Of a stretch of DNA of 64,000 nt, positions 27,841-37,536 are shown in pieces. Below the pieces are notes generated by a model. That model saw only the letters and a program-made list of their open reading frames with translations. It ran no database searches and was not told where the DNA came from. The position numbers were made by a program, and so were the translations under genes. Each line of letters opens with the position of its first letter. The stretch's first letter is position 1. This DNA comes from Candidatus Latescibacterota bacterium (lineage in GTDB: Bacteria > Krumholzibacteriota > Krumholzibacteriia > WVZY01 > JAKEHA01), in the NCBI GenBank assembly GCA_963707635.1, contig OY970173.1:512001-576000 (forward strand), given 5' to 3'.

Positions 27841-29099
27841 AACGCCGGGGTCTCGTCCTGGGTTTCGTCTTCATCATCGCCGCGGGTGTGGGCGCGTGTT
27901 CGCGGTCCTCCGAGCAGGCGCCCGCGTCGTCCCCGGACACCACGGTCACGCACGCGATCGTGTACACCTGCACGATGCATCCGTCGGTGCGCCAGTCCGA
28001 GCCCGGACGCTGTCCGCTGTGCGGCATGGATCTGATCCCGGTGGAGCCGGCGGCCCACGTGGACACCGCCGGCGTCGATCTCACGTTCACCGTCAACACC
28101 GCCAAGCAGCAGCTCGCCGGCGTCACCTTCGCGAGCGTGGAGCGCCGGCCGGTCACAAAGTCGATCCGTGTGTATGGAACGGTCGACTACGACGAAACCA
28201 GGCTCGCGGTGGTGAATCTCCGGGTCAGCGGGTGGATCGAGCACCTGTTCGCCGATTTCACCGGCCAGTTCGTCCGCCAGGGCGACCCGCTGTTCGCCAT
28301 CTACAGCCCCGACCTCGTCTCCGCGCAGAGCGAGTACCTGCTGGCCCGGAAGGTCGCGCTGCGCTACCCCGGGCAGACGGCGGATCCCGACCTGGTCAGG
28401 ACGGCGCGCGAACGCCTGCGCCTGTGGCAGTTCACCGACCAGCAGGTTCACGAGCTCGAAGCACGGGGCGAGGCGCAGACGAGCGTCACGCTGGTTGCAC
28501 CCGTGTCCGGTTACGTGGTGGAAAAGAACGCGGTCGAAGGCATGCGCGTCGAGCCCGGCATGACGCTCTACCGAATCGCGGATCTCTCGACGGTGTGGGT
28601 GCAGGCGGAAGTGTACGAATACGACCTGCCGCTGGTGCGGATCGGACAGGAAGCGATGGTCGCGGTCCCGTCCGAAGGGGACCGGGCGCGGTCCGGCGAA
28701 GTCACCTACATCGACCCCGTGCTGAACCCGGAGACGCGCACGGCGCGGGTTCGCGTCGCGCTGGCGAACCCCGACGGCGCGTTGAAACCGGACATGTACG
28801 CGACCGTCACCTTGCGCGCCGAGCTGGGCGAGCGGCTCGTCGTTCCCAGGGCGGCGGTGCTGTCGACCGGCGAGCGCGAAATCGCATTCGTCGACCGCGG
28901 CGGCGGCCGCCTGGAGGTGCGCTTCGTTCACACGGGGGTTCGTGCGGATGAGTTCAGCGAGATCCTGCACGGGCTCGCCGCGGGCGAACGCGTGGTGACC
29001 TCCGCCAACTTCCTGATCGACGCCGAAAGCCGGGTGCAGGGGGTGTTGCAGCGCCTCGAAGAGAACGCACCCGCACCGGCTCCCGCGCACCGGCATTGA
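27837..29099 (+). CDS. cusB: heavy-metal RND periplasmic adaptor (CusB-like)
   Basis: YTCTMHP...PGRCPLCGMDL metal-binding domain, GWIEHL, YSPDLVSAQSEY, LKPDMYA and FLIDAES. Confidence 0.88.
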   Translation: MKRRGLVLGFVFIIAAGVGACSRSSEQAPASSPDTTVTHAIVYTCTMHPSVRQSEPGRCPLCGMDLIPVEPAAHVDTAGVDLTFTVNTAKQQLAGVTFASVERRPVTKSIRVYGTVDYDETRLAVVNLRVSGWIEHLFADFTGQFVRQGDPLFAIYSPDLVSAQSEYLLARKVALRYPGQTADPDLVRTARERLRLWQFTDQQVHELEARGEAQTSVTLVAPVSGYVVEKNAVEGMRVEPGMTLYRIADLSTVWVQAEVYEYDLPLVRIGQEAMVAVPSEGDRARSGEVTYIDPVLNPETRTARVRVALANPDGALKPDMYATVTLRAELGERLVVPRAAVLSTGEREIAFVDRGGGRLEVRFVHTGVRADEFSEILHGLAAGERVVTSANFLIDAESRVQGVLQRLEENAPAPAPAHRH

Positions 29100-29106
29100 C
29101 GCTCCC

Positions 29107-32100
29107 ATGATCGAGCGGATCATCGAATACTGCGCGCGCAACCGCTTCATCGTCTTCTCGGTGCTTGCGTTCGCGATGGCGTGGGGGCTGTGGTCGCTCG
29201 ACCACACCCCGCTCGACGCCGTCCCCGACCTCTCCGACGCCCAGGTGATCGTGTGGACCGAGTGGATGGGCCGCAGCCCCGACCTGGTCGAGGACCAGGT
29301 CACCTACCCCATCATCGCGAAGCTGGTCGCCGCGCCCCGAGTGCGCGCGGTGCGGGGCGTCTCGATGTTCGGGATGTCGTTCGTGTACGTGATCTTCGAG
29401 GACGGCACCGACATCTACTGGGCGCGCAGCCGCGTGCTCGAATACATGAACACGGTGCGCGGCAAGCTTCCGCCCGATGTCAACCCCGTCCTCGGTCCCG
29501 ACGCGACCAGCGTCGGCTGGGTGTTCGAATACGCGCTCGTCGACGAAACCGGCGCGCACTCGCTCGCCGACCTCCGTTCGTTCCAGGACTGGACGCTGAA
29601 GTACTACCTCGAGGCGGTGCCAGGGGTGGCCGAGGTCGCGTCGGTCGGCGGGTTCGTCAAGCAGTACCAGGTGAACGTCGACCCGCAGGCGCTGGTGGCG
29701 TACCGAATCCCGCTCACCGCCGTGGTGGACGCGGTGCGCAAGAGCAACGCGGACGTCGGTGGCCGCATCGTCGAGTTCTCATCGACGGAGTACTTCGTGC
29801 GCGGGCGCGGCTACATCCACTCGGTCGCCGACATCGAGAACATCGCGGTGGGCATTGACCGGCACGGCACCCCCGTGCTGGTGAAGAACATCGGCTCGGT
29901 GGAGATTGGTCCCGACATCCGCCGCGGGCTCGCGGAACTCGACGGCAAGGGCGAGGTGGTCGGCGGGATCGTGATCATGCGCTACGGCGAAAACGCGCTG
30001 GACGTCATCGATCACGTGAAAGAGAAGCTCGCCGAGATCGAACCCTCGCTCCCCCCCGGAGTGAAGGTCGTCGTCGCCTACGACCGCTCGGACCTGATCC
30101 ATCGCGCCATCGACGTCCTGCGCAAGAGCCTGTTCGAAGAAATGCTGGTGGTGAGCCTCGTCATCATCCTGTTTCTCATGCATTTCCAGAGCGCCCTGGT
30201 TCCGATCGTGACCCTGCCCATCGCGGTGCTGCTCTCGTTCATTCCGATGCACTATCTCGGGATCACCTCGAACATCATGTCGCTGGGCGGGATCGCGATC
30301 GCGATCGGCGCGATGGTGGACGCGTCGATCGTGCTGGTCGAGAACGCCCACAAGCGGCTCGAAGAAGTCGGCGAGTCGGTGAGCAAGGCCGAACGCGAGC
30401 AGGTCGTGCTCGACGCGCTCAAGAGCGTCGGCCGCCCCATCTTCTTCTCGCTCCTCGTTGTCACGGTGTCGTTCTTTCCAATCTTCAGCCTTCAGGCCCA
30501 GGAAGGACGTCTGTTCAAACCGCTGGCGTACACCAAGACCTTCTCGATGATGTTCGCCGCGCTGCTCGCGATCACGGTCGCACCCGCCCTCATCTTCTGG
30601 CTCGTGCGCGGGCACGTACGGCCGGAGGAAAAGCATCCGGTGAGCCGCGCCCTGCACCGCCTGTATCACCCGGTGGTCGATTTCGTGCTGCGATTCCACA
30701 AGGCCTTCCTCGTGGGGGCGATGGTGGTGGTGCTCTCCGCCGTCCCGGCCTTCCTGCAGCTGGGCTCGGAGTTCATGCCGCCGCTCAACGAGGGGACGAT
30801 CCTCTACATGCCCACCTCGGTGCCGGGGCTGCCGGTCGGCGAGGCCAGCCGCATCCTCCAGATCCAGGACCGCATCCTCCGGGAATTTCCCGAAGTTCAA
30901 ACCGTGTTCGGCAAGATCGGTCGCGCGGAAACGCCCACCGATCCCGCCCCGCTGAGCATGGTCGAGACGGTGGTGACGCTCAAGCCGGAGCGCGAGTGGC
31001 GACCGGGCATGACGTGGGAGAAGCTCGTGGCCGAGATGGATGCCAAGCTTCAGTTCCCCGGCATGGCGAACATCTGGTGGATGCCGATCCAGACCCGAAA
31101 CGAAATGCTCACCACCGGTATTCGCAGCAATCTGGGCGTGAAGATCTTCGGGCCGGACCTCCGGGAGATCGAGAAGATCGGGGTGCAGATCGAGCAAGTC
31201 TTGAAAGAACTCCCCGGCACGCGCTCGGCGTTCGCCGAGCGGGTGACGACCGGGCACTACCTGGACTTCGACGTGCGGCGCGAGGCCATCGCGCGCTATG
31301 GACTCAGCGTCGACGACGTGAACATGATCGTACAGTCGGCGATCGGCGGCGAGAACGTAACCACCACGGTGGAGGGCAAGGAGCGCTACCCGGTCAACGT
31401 GCGCTATGCGCGCGAGCTGCGCGACGACCTCGACGAGCTCGAACGCGTGCTGGTGCCGACGCCGAGCGGCGCCCAGGTGCCCATCGCCCAGCTCGCGGAC
31501 ATCCGCTTTTCCACCAGCGCGCCCATGATCTACAACGACGGCGGCTCGCGCGTGGGCTATGTCTTCGTCGACGTCAAGGGCAAGAGCTACGGCGACTATG
31601 TCGTTGCCGCGAAGCAGACCATCCATGAGCACGTGAAGCTGCCTCCCGGGTACTACCTGCAATTCGCCGGTCAGTACGAGCATATGGAACGCATGAAGGC
31701 GCGGCTGCGGGTCGTGATCCCGGTCACGCTCTTTCTCGTGCTCTTTCTCATCTACATAAACACGCGCTCGCGTACCAAGACGGCGATCGTCCTGCTCGCG
31801 GTCCCGTTTTCGCTGGTCGGTGCGTTCTGGTTTCTCTACCTGCTGGGCTACAACCTCTCGAGCGCGGTGTGGGTGGGCCTGATCGCGCTCGCGGGTATCG
31901 ACGCCGAGACCGGCATCATCATGCTGCTGTATCTGGACCTCGCCTACGACGACATGCGCAAGGCCGGGCGCATGCGCACGCCGGACGACCTGCGCGAGGC
32001 CATCCACCACGGCGCCGTCAAGCGCATCCGGCCCAAGTTCATGACCTGGGGGACGACGTTGATCGGCCTCCTGCCGATCATGTGGAGCACGGGCGCAGGG

Positions 32101-32238
32101 TCCGACGTGATGAAACGCATCGCCGCGCCGATGGTGGGCGGGATTACACTCTCGGTCGTCATGGAGTTGTTGATCTATCCGGCGATTTTCTTCGTGTGGA
32201 AGAAACGCGCGCTGGAGAACGGGGTTGAAAGCTCGTGA
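29107..32238 (+). CDS. cusA: CusA/CzcA-family heavy-metal efflux RND transporter
   Basis: DAVPDLSD.QVI, GPDATSVGWV, NIMSLGGIAIAIGAMVDA, EFMPPLNEG and RIAAPMVGG. Confidence 0.95.
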   Translation: MIERIIEYCARNRFIVFSVLAFAMAWGLWSLDHTPLDAVPDLSDAQVIVWTEWMGRSPDLVEDQVTYPIIAKLVAAPRVRAVRGVSMFGMSFVYVIFEDGTDIYWARSRVLEYMNTVRGKLPPDVNPVLGPDATSVGWVFEYALVDETGAHSLADLRSFQDWTLKYYLEAVPGVAEVASVGGFVKQYQVNVDPQALVAYRIPLTAVVDAVRKSNADVGGRIVEFSSTEYFVRGRGYIHSVADIENIAVGIDRHGTPVLVKNIGSVEIGPDIRRGLAELDGKGEVVGGIVIMRYGENALDVIDHVKEKLAEIEPSLPPGVKVVVAYDRSDLIHRAIDVLRKSLFEEMLVVSLVIILFLMHFQSALVPIVTLPIAVLLSFIPMHYLGITSNIMSLGGIAIAIGAMVDASIVLVENAHKRLEEVGESVSKAEREQVVLDALKSVGRPIFFSLLVVTVSFFPIFSLQAQEGRLFKPLAYTKTFSMMFAALLAITVAPALIFWLVRGHVRPEEKHPVSRALHRLYHPVVDFVLRFHKAFLVGAMVVVLSAVPAFLQLGSEFMPPLNEGTILYMPTSVPGLPVGEASRILQIQDRILREFPEVQTVFGKIGRAETPTDPAPLSMVETVVTLKPEREWRPGMTWEKLVAEMDAKLQFPGMANIWWMPIQTRNEMLTTGIRSNLGVKIFGPDLREIEKIGVQIEQVLKELPGTRSAFAERVTTGHYLDFDVRREAIARYGLSVDDVNMIVQSAIGGENVTTTVEGKERYPVNVRYARELRDDLDELERVLVPTPSGAQVPIAQLADIRFSTSAPMIYNDGGSRVGYVFVDVKGKSYGDYVVAAKQTIHEHVKLPPGYYLQFAGQYEHMERMKARLRVVIPVTLFLVLFLIYINTRSRTKTAIVLLAVPFSLVGAFWFLYLLGYNLSSAVWVGLIALAGIDAETGIIMLLYLDLAYDDMRKAGRMRTPDDLREAIHHGAVKRIRPKFMTWGTTLIGLLPIMWSTGAGSDVMKRIAAPMVGGITLSVVMELLIYPAIFFVWKKRALENGVESS

Positions 32239-32263
32239 CGGGGCCGCGGCGGCCAGAGTGACC

Positions 32264-32292
32264 TTGCATAAATTTCTGGTGTCATGTATCTT
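32264..32292 (+). promoter_or_regulatory. sigma70 promoter TTGCAT-17-TATCTT
   Basis: Lies upstream of the AGGAGG RBS and ATG 32327. Confidence 0.55.
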
Positions 32293-32326
32293 CCAAGTCA
32301 ACGTTGTGAAATCTAGGAGGGGTCCA

Positions 32327-32704
32327 ATGAAACGCATTTTGATTCTGGTCGCGGGAGCCGTGCTGGTAGTGGCCGCGGTTGCTTTTGCCCAGGAGACGAA
32401 GAAAGAAGAGGCTGCCGTGCCAGTCACGCTGACGGGCGAGGTGCTCGACCTCTACTGCTACATGGGACATAGTGCCAGCGGCGCCGAGCACATGAAGTGT
32501 GCGCAAAGTTGCATCAAGAAGGGCATGCCCGTCGGTTTTCTGACGGCGGACGGTACCGTGTACCTGATCATCGGCAAGGAGCACGAGCCCGTGAACGCGA
32601 CACTCGCGGACTGGGCCGGCAAGAAGTCGGCCATCACCGGCGTCGTCAAGGAGAACAAGAGCTTGAAGGCGATCGAACTGGTGTCGATCGCGGAAGCGAA
32701 GTAG
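32327..32704 (+). CDS. small periplasmic Cys/His/Met-containing protein
   Basis: Signal peptide (AVAFA|Q), GEVLDLYCYMGH..EHMKCAQSCIKKGMP and a strong RBS. Confidence 0.8.
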   Translation: MKRILILVAGAVLVVAAVAFAQETKKEEAAVPVTLTGEVLDLYCYMGHSASGAEHMKCAQSCIKKGMPVGFLTADGTVYLIIGKEHEPVNATLADWAGKKSAITGVVKENKSLKAIELVSIAEAK

Positions 32705-32837
32705 CTCGTTCCGCCATGGGCGTCCGCGCTCTTGCGGCGTGGACGCCCACCTCGCGGATATCGATCGGAGTGCGACCCCGTGCCGCCTCGCCAACTCCAG
32801 CTTCGCCGTGGCCGAAGCCAGGCCCTATAATGCGCGC

Positions 32838-33689
32838 GTGAAGTCCCCCGGCCGCGCTCACCTGTCCGTCATCTCGCTCGCCGCACTCGCCCTCGGCGCC
32901 CTCGCGGCGTGGGGGTTCTTCAACTACGTTCGCGCGCCCAGACTCACCCCCGAGCTCCGCGGTTATGAGCTCGCCGAACGATTGGGCTGCCACGGGTGCC
33001 ACGGCCCGCGCGGCACCGGCGGGGTGACCAACCCTCGCGCGGCCGAAGGCGAGATTCCGGCGTGGGACGGCGGCAACGCGATGATGTACGTGAAGAACGA
33101 GTCGGAGATCCGCGAGTGGATTCTCGACGGCCGCCCCTGGCGTCTCGCGATGCGCGATTCGCTCGCCGCACGATCCGCGGAGCGCGACTCCGCCTTTCCA
33201 AGACCGGGAGAAGTGAACCTGCGCCCGCGCCCGCTCGCGCGAATCGAGCTCCCCGTGCGCATGCCTGCATTCCGCGGCGTGATCACCGAGCGCGAGCTGG
33301 CGGATCTGGTCGCGTACTACAAGGCGGTAGCGATTTTCGACGAGATGCCCGACAGCGTGCACGCCGGCTATCGCGCCGCGCGCGAGCTGGGATGCTTCGG
33401 CTGCCACGGCCCGGGCGGGCTGGTGGGAGCGAAGAATCCGCGCAGCTTCAAGGGCTACACCCCGCCGTGGCGCGGAAATGATTTTCGCGAGCTGGTGCGC
33501 GACGACGACGAATTACGCACCTGGATTCTCGACGGCTCGATCCCGCGCCTCACCGAGAACCGCGCGGCGCGCTGGTTCATGACCCGGCAGGTTGTGGGAA
33601 TGCCCGCGTATCGCGGGGTCGCCGCGGACTCGAGCCTGGCGAGCATCGTGGGCTACATTCACTGGCTGTCGAACGGAGAATCTGAATAG
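32838..33689 (+). CDS. diheme c-type cytochrome (internal duplication)
   Basis: CHGCH and CFGCH, each followed by NPR, WILDG and MPA[FY]RG. N-terminal TM helix. GTG lies 6 nt after TATAAT. Confidence 0.85.
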   Translation: MKSPGRAHLSVISLAALALGALAAWGFFNYVRAPRLTPELRGYELAERLGCHGCHGPRGTGGVTNPRAAEGEIPAWDGGNAMMYVKNESEIREWILDGRPWRLAMRDSLAARSAERDSAFPRPGEVNLRPRPLARIELPVRMPAFRGVITERELADLVAYYKAVAIFDEMPDSVHAGYRAARELGCFGCHGPGGLVGAKNPRSFKGYTPPWRGNDFRELVRDDDELRTWILDGSIPRLTENRAARWFMTRQVVGMPAYRGVAADSSLASIVGYIHWLSNGESE

Positions 33690-33767
33690 ACCTGCGCGGG
33701 CTTGCGGTTGCGCGGCGTTTTCCTGTAGTCTCCGGTCTTCGCCACAAGAAACGGAAAGGAACTCGCT

Positions 33768-35867
33768 GTGATGACTCGCCGGAACCGCATTGCCCTCCTG
33801 TTCGTGACCGTCGTTTCGCTGCATGCAACTGCGTGGTCAGCGCCGGTAGACGATCCTCCGGGCTCGCACCGTGACTGGGGCGTGAGCTGGATCATCCGCG
33901 CCGGGGATGCGGGCGGCGGCTACGGGGACTTCCTGAAGAAGGGTGCGGCGTGGGACCTCGATATCTACAAACAGCGAGGGCCCTGGCGCTATGGCCTCGG
34001 AATCATGTTCGGTTCGCTGAGCTACCGCGCACCGTACGATGGCGAGGGCCAGCCCACATGGGCGCACTTCGAGACGTTCGGCTTCGCCTCCCGCGTATTT
34101 CGCAATGAAGAGGCCGTGCGTCCCTACCTGCAGGGGCGCCTGGCCATCGTGCGCGTGCACCCGCGGTCGACCCACGAACCGGAAGATTCCTGGTTCCTCA
34201 AGGAACCCGTCGAGAACCTGTCCTCCGGTGAGAGTGCGACCGACGCGGTGAACGGTATCGGCATCAGCGCCATTCCGGGGGTCGAATTCGACCTGACTCG
34301 AACCTTCGCGATCGATGTGTCGGCCTACGCCAACTTCTACTTCACGGAAAAATACGAGCTCCAGGACTACCTGGGGAATCGGCCGGTCGACCACGAGGAC
34401 ACGGGGACGGGTGTGGAATGGGGAGCGCGCATCGGGGCGACGTGGCGTCCGCTGTCGTTCGAAGAACCCAAACTCACCAGCGCGCTGCCGGACACGACAC
34501 CGCTTGCGCCCGAAAGCCGATTCAAGGACGCGTGGGGCACCACGCGGAGCGCCGGCTGGGCGGCGGCGGAGGTTCTCGCGATCAACTTCGGCGCGTCGAT
34601 GTTCAACGAGTACGTGCGCCAGGCCAATTTCAACCAGATCAGCCCGCGCAGTTTCTGGCAGAATCTCGAGGATGGCTTCACCTACGACGACAACAAGTTC
34701 AAGACCAATCAGAAAGTCCACCCCTTCAACGGGAGCACGTATTTCAACGCCGGCCGCGCGAACGGATTGAGCTACTGGCCGTCGTGCGTGAGCGCTGTGA
34801 CCGGCGCGTTCATCTGGGAGGCGATGGGTGAGACGCATCCGATGTCGTACAACGACATGATCGCGACCGGGATCGGGGGGATGGTGTACGGCGAAACCAT
34901 GTACCGGCTGTCGTCGGCGATTCTCGACAACCGGCAAAGTGGGGGCGGACGGGTGTGGCGCGAGGTCGGTGCGTTCCTGGTGGACCCGGTCCGCGGCTTC
35001 AACCGCTTCCTGACTGGACAGGCCTCGCGGGTGGAGGGCAATCCGTCGAGCCCGTACGACTGGCGGCCGCCGAAGTACCTGACGTCCATGGACGCCGGTG
35101 CGCGCATCACCGGCAAGGGCGAGTCGATCAGCGACAGCACGCAGACGCAGGCCATCGTCGATCTCTACATCGACCACGGGAGCGCGTGGGACAACGAGCG
35201 CCGCAAACCGTTCGACCACTTCGACGTTGGCGTGCAGCTCAACGGCGACGACAAAGTGCCCCTCGGACGTCTGCAGGTTCGGGGCGATCTGTTTTCGAAA
35301 GCCATCGGCGAGGATCGCAAGCACGCAGTCGCCTTCGTGCAGTACTTCGACTACGTGAACAACAATGCGTACGAATACGGCGCGCAGAGTTTCGGCGGTG
35401 CGCTGTTCTCGCGCTTCCGTCCCTCCGCGAAGTGGGGGATCGAGACGCGCGTCGACCTGCTGGTTGCGCTGTTGGCCGCGGTGAACACGGAGTACTCGTA
35501 CGTCGTGCAGACGCCCGAGCAGGAGCGACTCCGCGAATACGACTACGGACCGGGGGGCGGCTTCTTCCTCGAAGCAACCGGCCTGCACTCCGGCCGCCGG
35601 ATGATCGAAATTGCCTACCGGGCGCAGGCGATCCATGTGACGAACGGGTCGATCTGGGTCCCGGCGGGAAACCCCGGCACCGACGCGGATCACTTTATCC
35701 AGTCCGGGAGTGTGAAGCTCAATATCCCGTTGAAGGGCCCGATGAGTGTGGGGCTCGACGGCGCGGTCTTCTTCCGCCAGAGCCTGTACTCGCGCGAGGA
35801 CTTCGTCGACACGAACCAGCGCGTCCCGCAGGCGCGCCTGTACCTGACCTGGGAGACGGCGCGGTAG
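33768..35867 (+). CDS. DUF3943-like outer membrane protein with an extra N-terminal beta-barrel-like domain
   Basis: Signal peptide, then YDDNKFKTNQ.VHPFNGSTYFNAGRANG, WEAMGET..SYNDMI.T and GETMYRLS. Confidence 0.75.
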   Translation: MMTRRNRIALLFVTVVSLHATAWSAPVDDPPGSHRDWGVSWIIRAGDAGGGYGDFLKKGAAWDLDIYKQRGPWRYGLGIMFGSLSYRAPYDGEGQPTWAHFETFGFASRVFRNEEAVRPYLQGRLAIVRVHPRSTHEPEDSWFLKEPVENLSSGESATDAVNGIGISAIPGVEFDLTRTFAIDVSAYANFYFTEKYELQDYLGNRPVDHEDTGTGVEWGARIGATWRPLSFEEPKLTSALPDTTPLAPESRFKDAWGTTRSAGWAAAEVLAINFGASMFNEYVRQANFNQISPRSFWQNLEDGFTYDDNKFKTNQKVHPFNGSTYFNAGRANGLSYWPSCVSAVTGAFIWEAMGETHPMSYNDMIATGIGGMVYGETMYRLSSAILDNRQSGGGRVWREVGAFLVDPVRGFNRFLTGQASRVEGNPSSPYDWRPPKYLTSMDAGARITGKGESISDSTQTQAIVDLYIDHGSAWDNERRKPFDHFDVGVQLNGDDKVPLGRLQVRGDLFSKAIGEDRKHAVAFVQYFDYVNNNAYEYGAQSFGGALFSRFRPSAKWGIETRVDLLVALLAAVNTEYSYVVQTPEQERLREYDYGPGGGFFLEATGLHSGRRMIEIAYRAQAIHVTNGSIWVPAGNPGTDADHFIQSGSVKLNIPLKGPMSVGLDGAVFFRQSLYSREDFVDTNQRVPQARLYLTWETAR

Positions 35868-35891
35868 CCACAGACGGTTTCCCGCCGCGCG

Positions 35892-36524
35892 CTACTTTCC
35901 GCCTGGAATCAGCCCCTGGCGTTTCAGTTCAGGCACGAGCTGCCCCGCCACTTCCGCGCGCACCTTCTCCGCGTCGCGCGGGTCGATCGGTGTCGTGGAC
36001 CCCGTCCACACCAGCTTTCCGCCGCCGGTCATTCCCACCAGATCGATCTGGTAGCGGGCCTCGTCCTCCTTCGGCTCGCTCGCGTACTCGTTGGCGCTCA
36101 TGTAGTAGGTGTGGTACCAGCTGCGCCAGTAGTCGTTGCCGGTCATGGCGGTGCTCTTCTCGTATCCGCCGCCGTAATCCCCGGTCTGGGTGAGCGCGAG
36201 CCGGTGCGTGATCACCGCGCCGTCGTTGCCGTCGCGGCGCATCACGACTGGCACCTGCGTCGAGTCCGGGAGCGACGGCCAGAGCTGGTGGGACGGACGG
36301 GCGTGGACGCCGTGGGCCTGGAACTCCGCCGCGAGCGCGTCCTCCCAGAGCCGGCGCAGATCCGGGTCGCGTTCGAGCGCGACGACGAGCACGTTGTCCA
36401 TCGGGGACGTCGACGCCTCGGGGTCCTTCCACAGGTTGGTGAGACTTGTCTTGGAGCAGCCGGCGACGAACGCGGCGGCGATGAGCATCGCCGCCATGAA
36501 CCGAGTGACGGGATAGGTGCGCAT
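35892..36524 (-). CDS. hypothetical lipoprotein
   Basis: Lipobox VAGC, then WKDP, RRLWED and LVWTG. CAGGAGG RBS. Confidence 0.8.
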   Translation of the reverse strand: MRTYPVTRFMAAMLIAAAFVAGCSKTSLTNLWKDPEASTSPMDNVLVVALERDPDLRRLWEDALAAEFQAHGVHARPSHQLWPSLPDSTQVPVVMRRDGNDGAVITHRLALTQTGDYGGGYEKSTAMTGNDYWRSWYHTYYMSANEYASEPKEDEARYQIDLVGMTGGGKLVWTGSTTPIDPRDAEKVRAEVAGQLVPELKRQGLIPGGK

Positions 36525-36594
36525 GGGCGATTCCTCCTGTGTGGAGAGGAGAGTAGCGGGGGCGGATGGAAAGGGCAAGGGGCGCGGGAGCCGG

Positions 36595-37536
36595 TCAGTC
36601 GGACGCCACCGGCTGGGGTCCCGGCGGCCGGCTGTGGACGGCCGCGCGCGCGCGCAGACTCTCCCACGTCCGGTCGATGGTCCGGCGAACGTCGTCCGGC
36701 GAGACCTTCGACTTCGCGAATCGGCCTTGCTGCTCGATGAATGCCCGCAAGGCGTCGATCGAAAACGTCGGCTCGATGTTGATCACGACTTCCGTCCCGT
36801 CGATGATTTCGATGACCGGGTAGAGCCCCGACTCCACCGCAAGCCGCACGAGCCGGACACCGTCCGCCGGCTCGGACTTCCACCCGGTCGGGCACGGCGA
36901 GAGCACGTGCAGAAACCGGAATCCGGGCGTGTCCAGCGCGCGGCACAGCTTGCGCATCATGTCGTCGAGGTGCGCCATCGAGGCGGACGCCGCGTAGGGC
37001 ACGCGGTGCGCGGCCATGATGCCGAGGATATCCTTCTTGTCGACGTGCTTGCCGGCCGGCGTGGTCGAGGTGAACGCGCCGAACGGAGTCGCCGACGAGC
37101 GCTGCCCGCCGGTGTTGCCGTAGATCTCGTTGTCGTAGCAGACATACAGAATGTCTTCGTTGCGCTCGGCGGCGGCGGACACCGTCGCCATGCCGATGTC
37201 GTAGGTGCCGCCGTCGCCCGCAAAGCATACGACGCGCGTCTTCTCTCCATTGGCGCTCGCGACACGCGCGAGGCCGGTCGCGACCGCGGCGGCCCCCGCG
37301 AACGTGGACGCGACCACCGGCGCGCCGTAGGCGCTCAGCGGAAACGGCCCAGCGGTTACGATGCCGCAGCAGGCGGGGATCACCAGCTGCACGTCGCGAT
37401 GGGCGATCGCGTGGCTCATCATGTTGAGCGTGATCGACATGCCGCATCCCCCGCAGTTGGTGTTGCCGGCGCGCAGGAGCGGCTCGCGGCGATCCGCCGC
37501 GGTGTGGACCATTCCCTCCAGGATGGGCTCTTTCAT
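36595..37536 (-). CDS. porB: pyruvate/2-oxoacid:acceptor oxidoreductase beta subunit (TPP-binding)
   Basis: CGGCG, GDGGTYDIG, YDNEIYGNTGGQRS and SPCPTGW. Confidence 0.9.
   Translation of the reverse strand: MKEPILEGMVHTAADRREPLLRAGNTNCGGCGMSITLNMMSHAIAHRDVQLVIPACCGIVTAGPFPLSAYGAPVVASTFAGAAAVATGLARVASANGEKTRVVCFAGDGGTYDIGMATVSAAAERNEDILYVCYDNEIYGNTGGQRSSATPFGAFTSTTPAGKHVDKKDILGIMAAHRVPYAASASMAHLDDMMRKLCRALDTPGFRFLHVLSPCPTGWKSEPADGVRLVRLAVESGLYPVIEIIDGTEVVINIEPTFSIDALRAFIEQQGRFAKSKVSPDDVRRTIDRTWESLRARAAVHSRPPGPQPVASD

Noticed and set aside
29779..32427. Long antisense ORFs (e.g. 882 aa opposite cusA, 753 aa opposite sppA, 727 aa opposite DPP-IV)
   Set aside because: Expected shadow frames in high-GC coding DNA, with no recognisable motifs.
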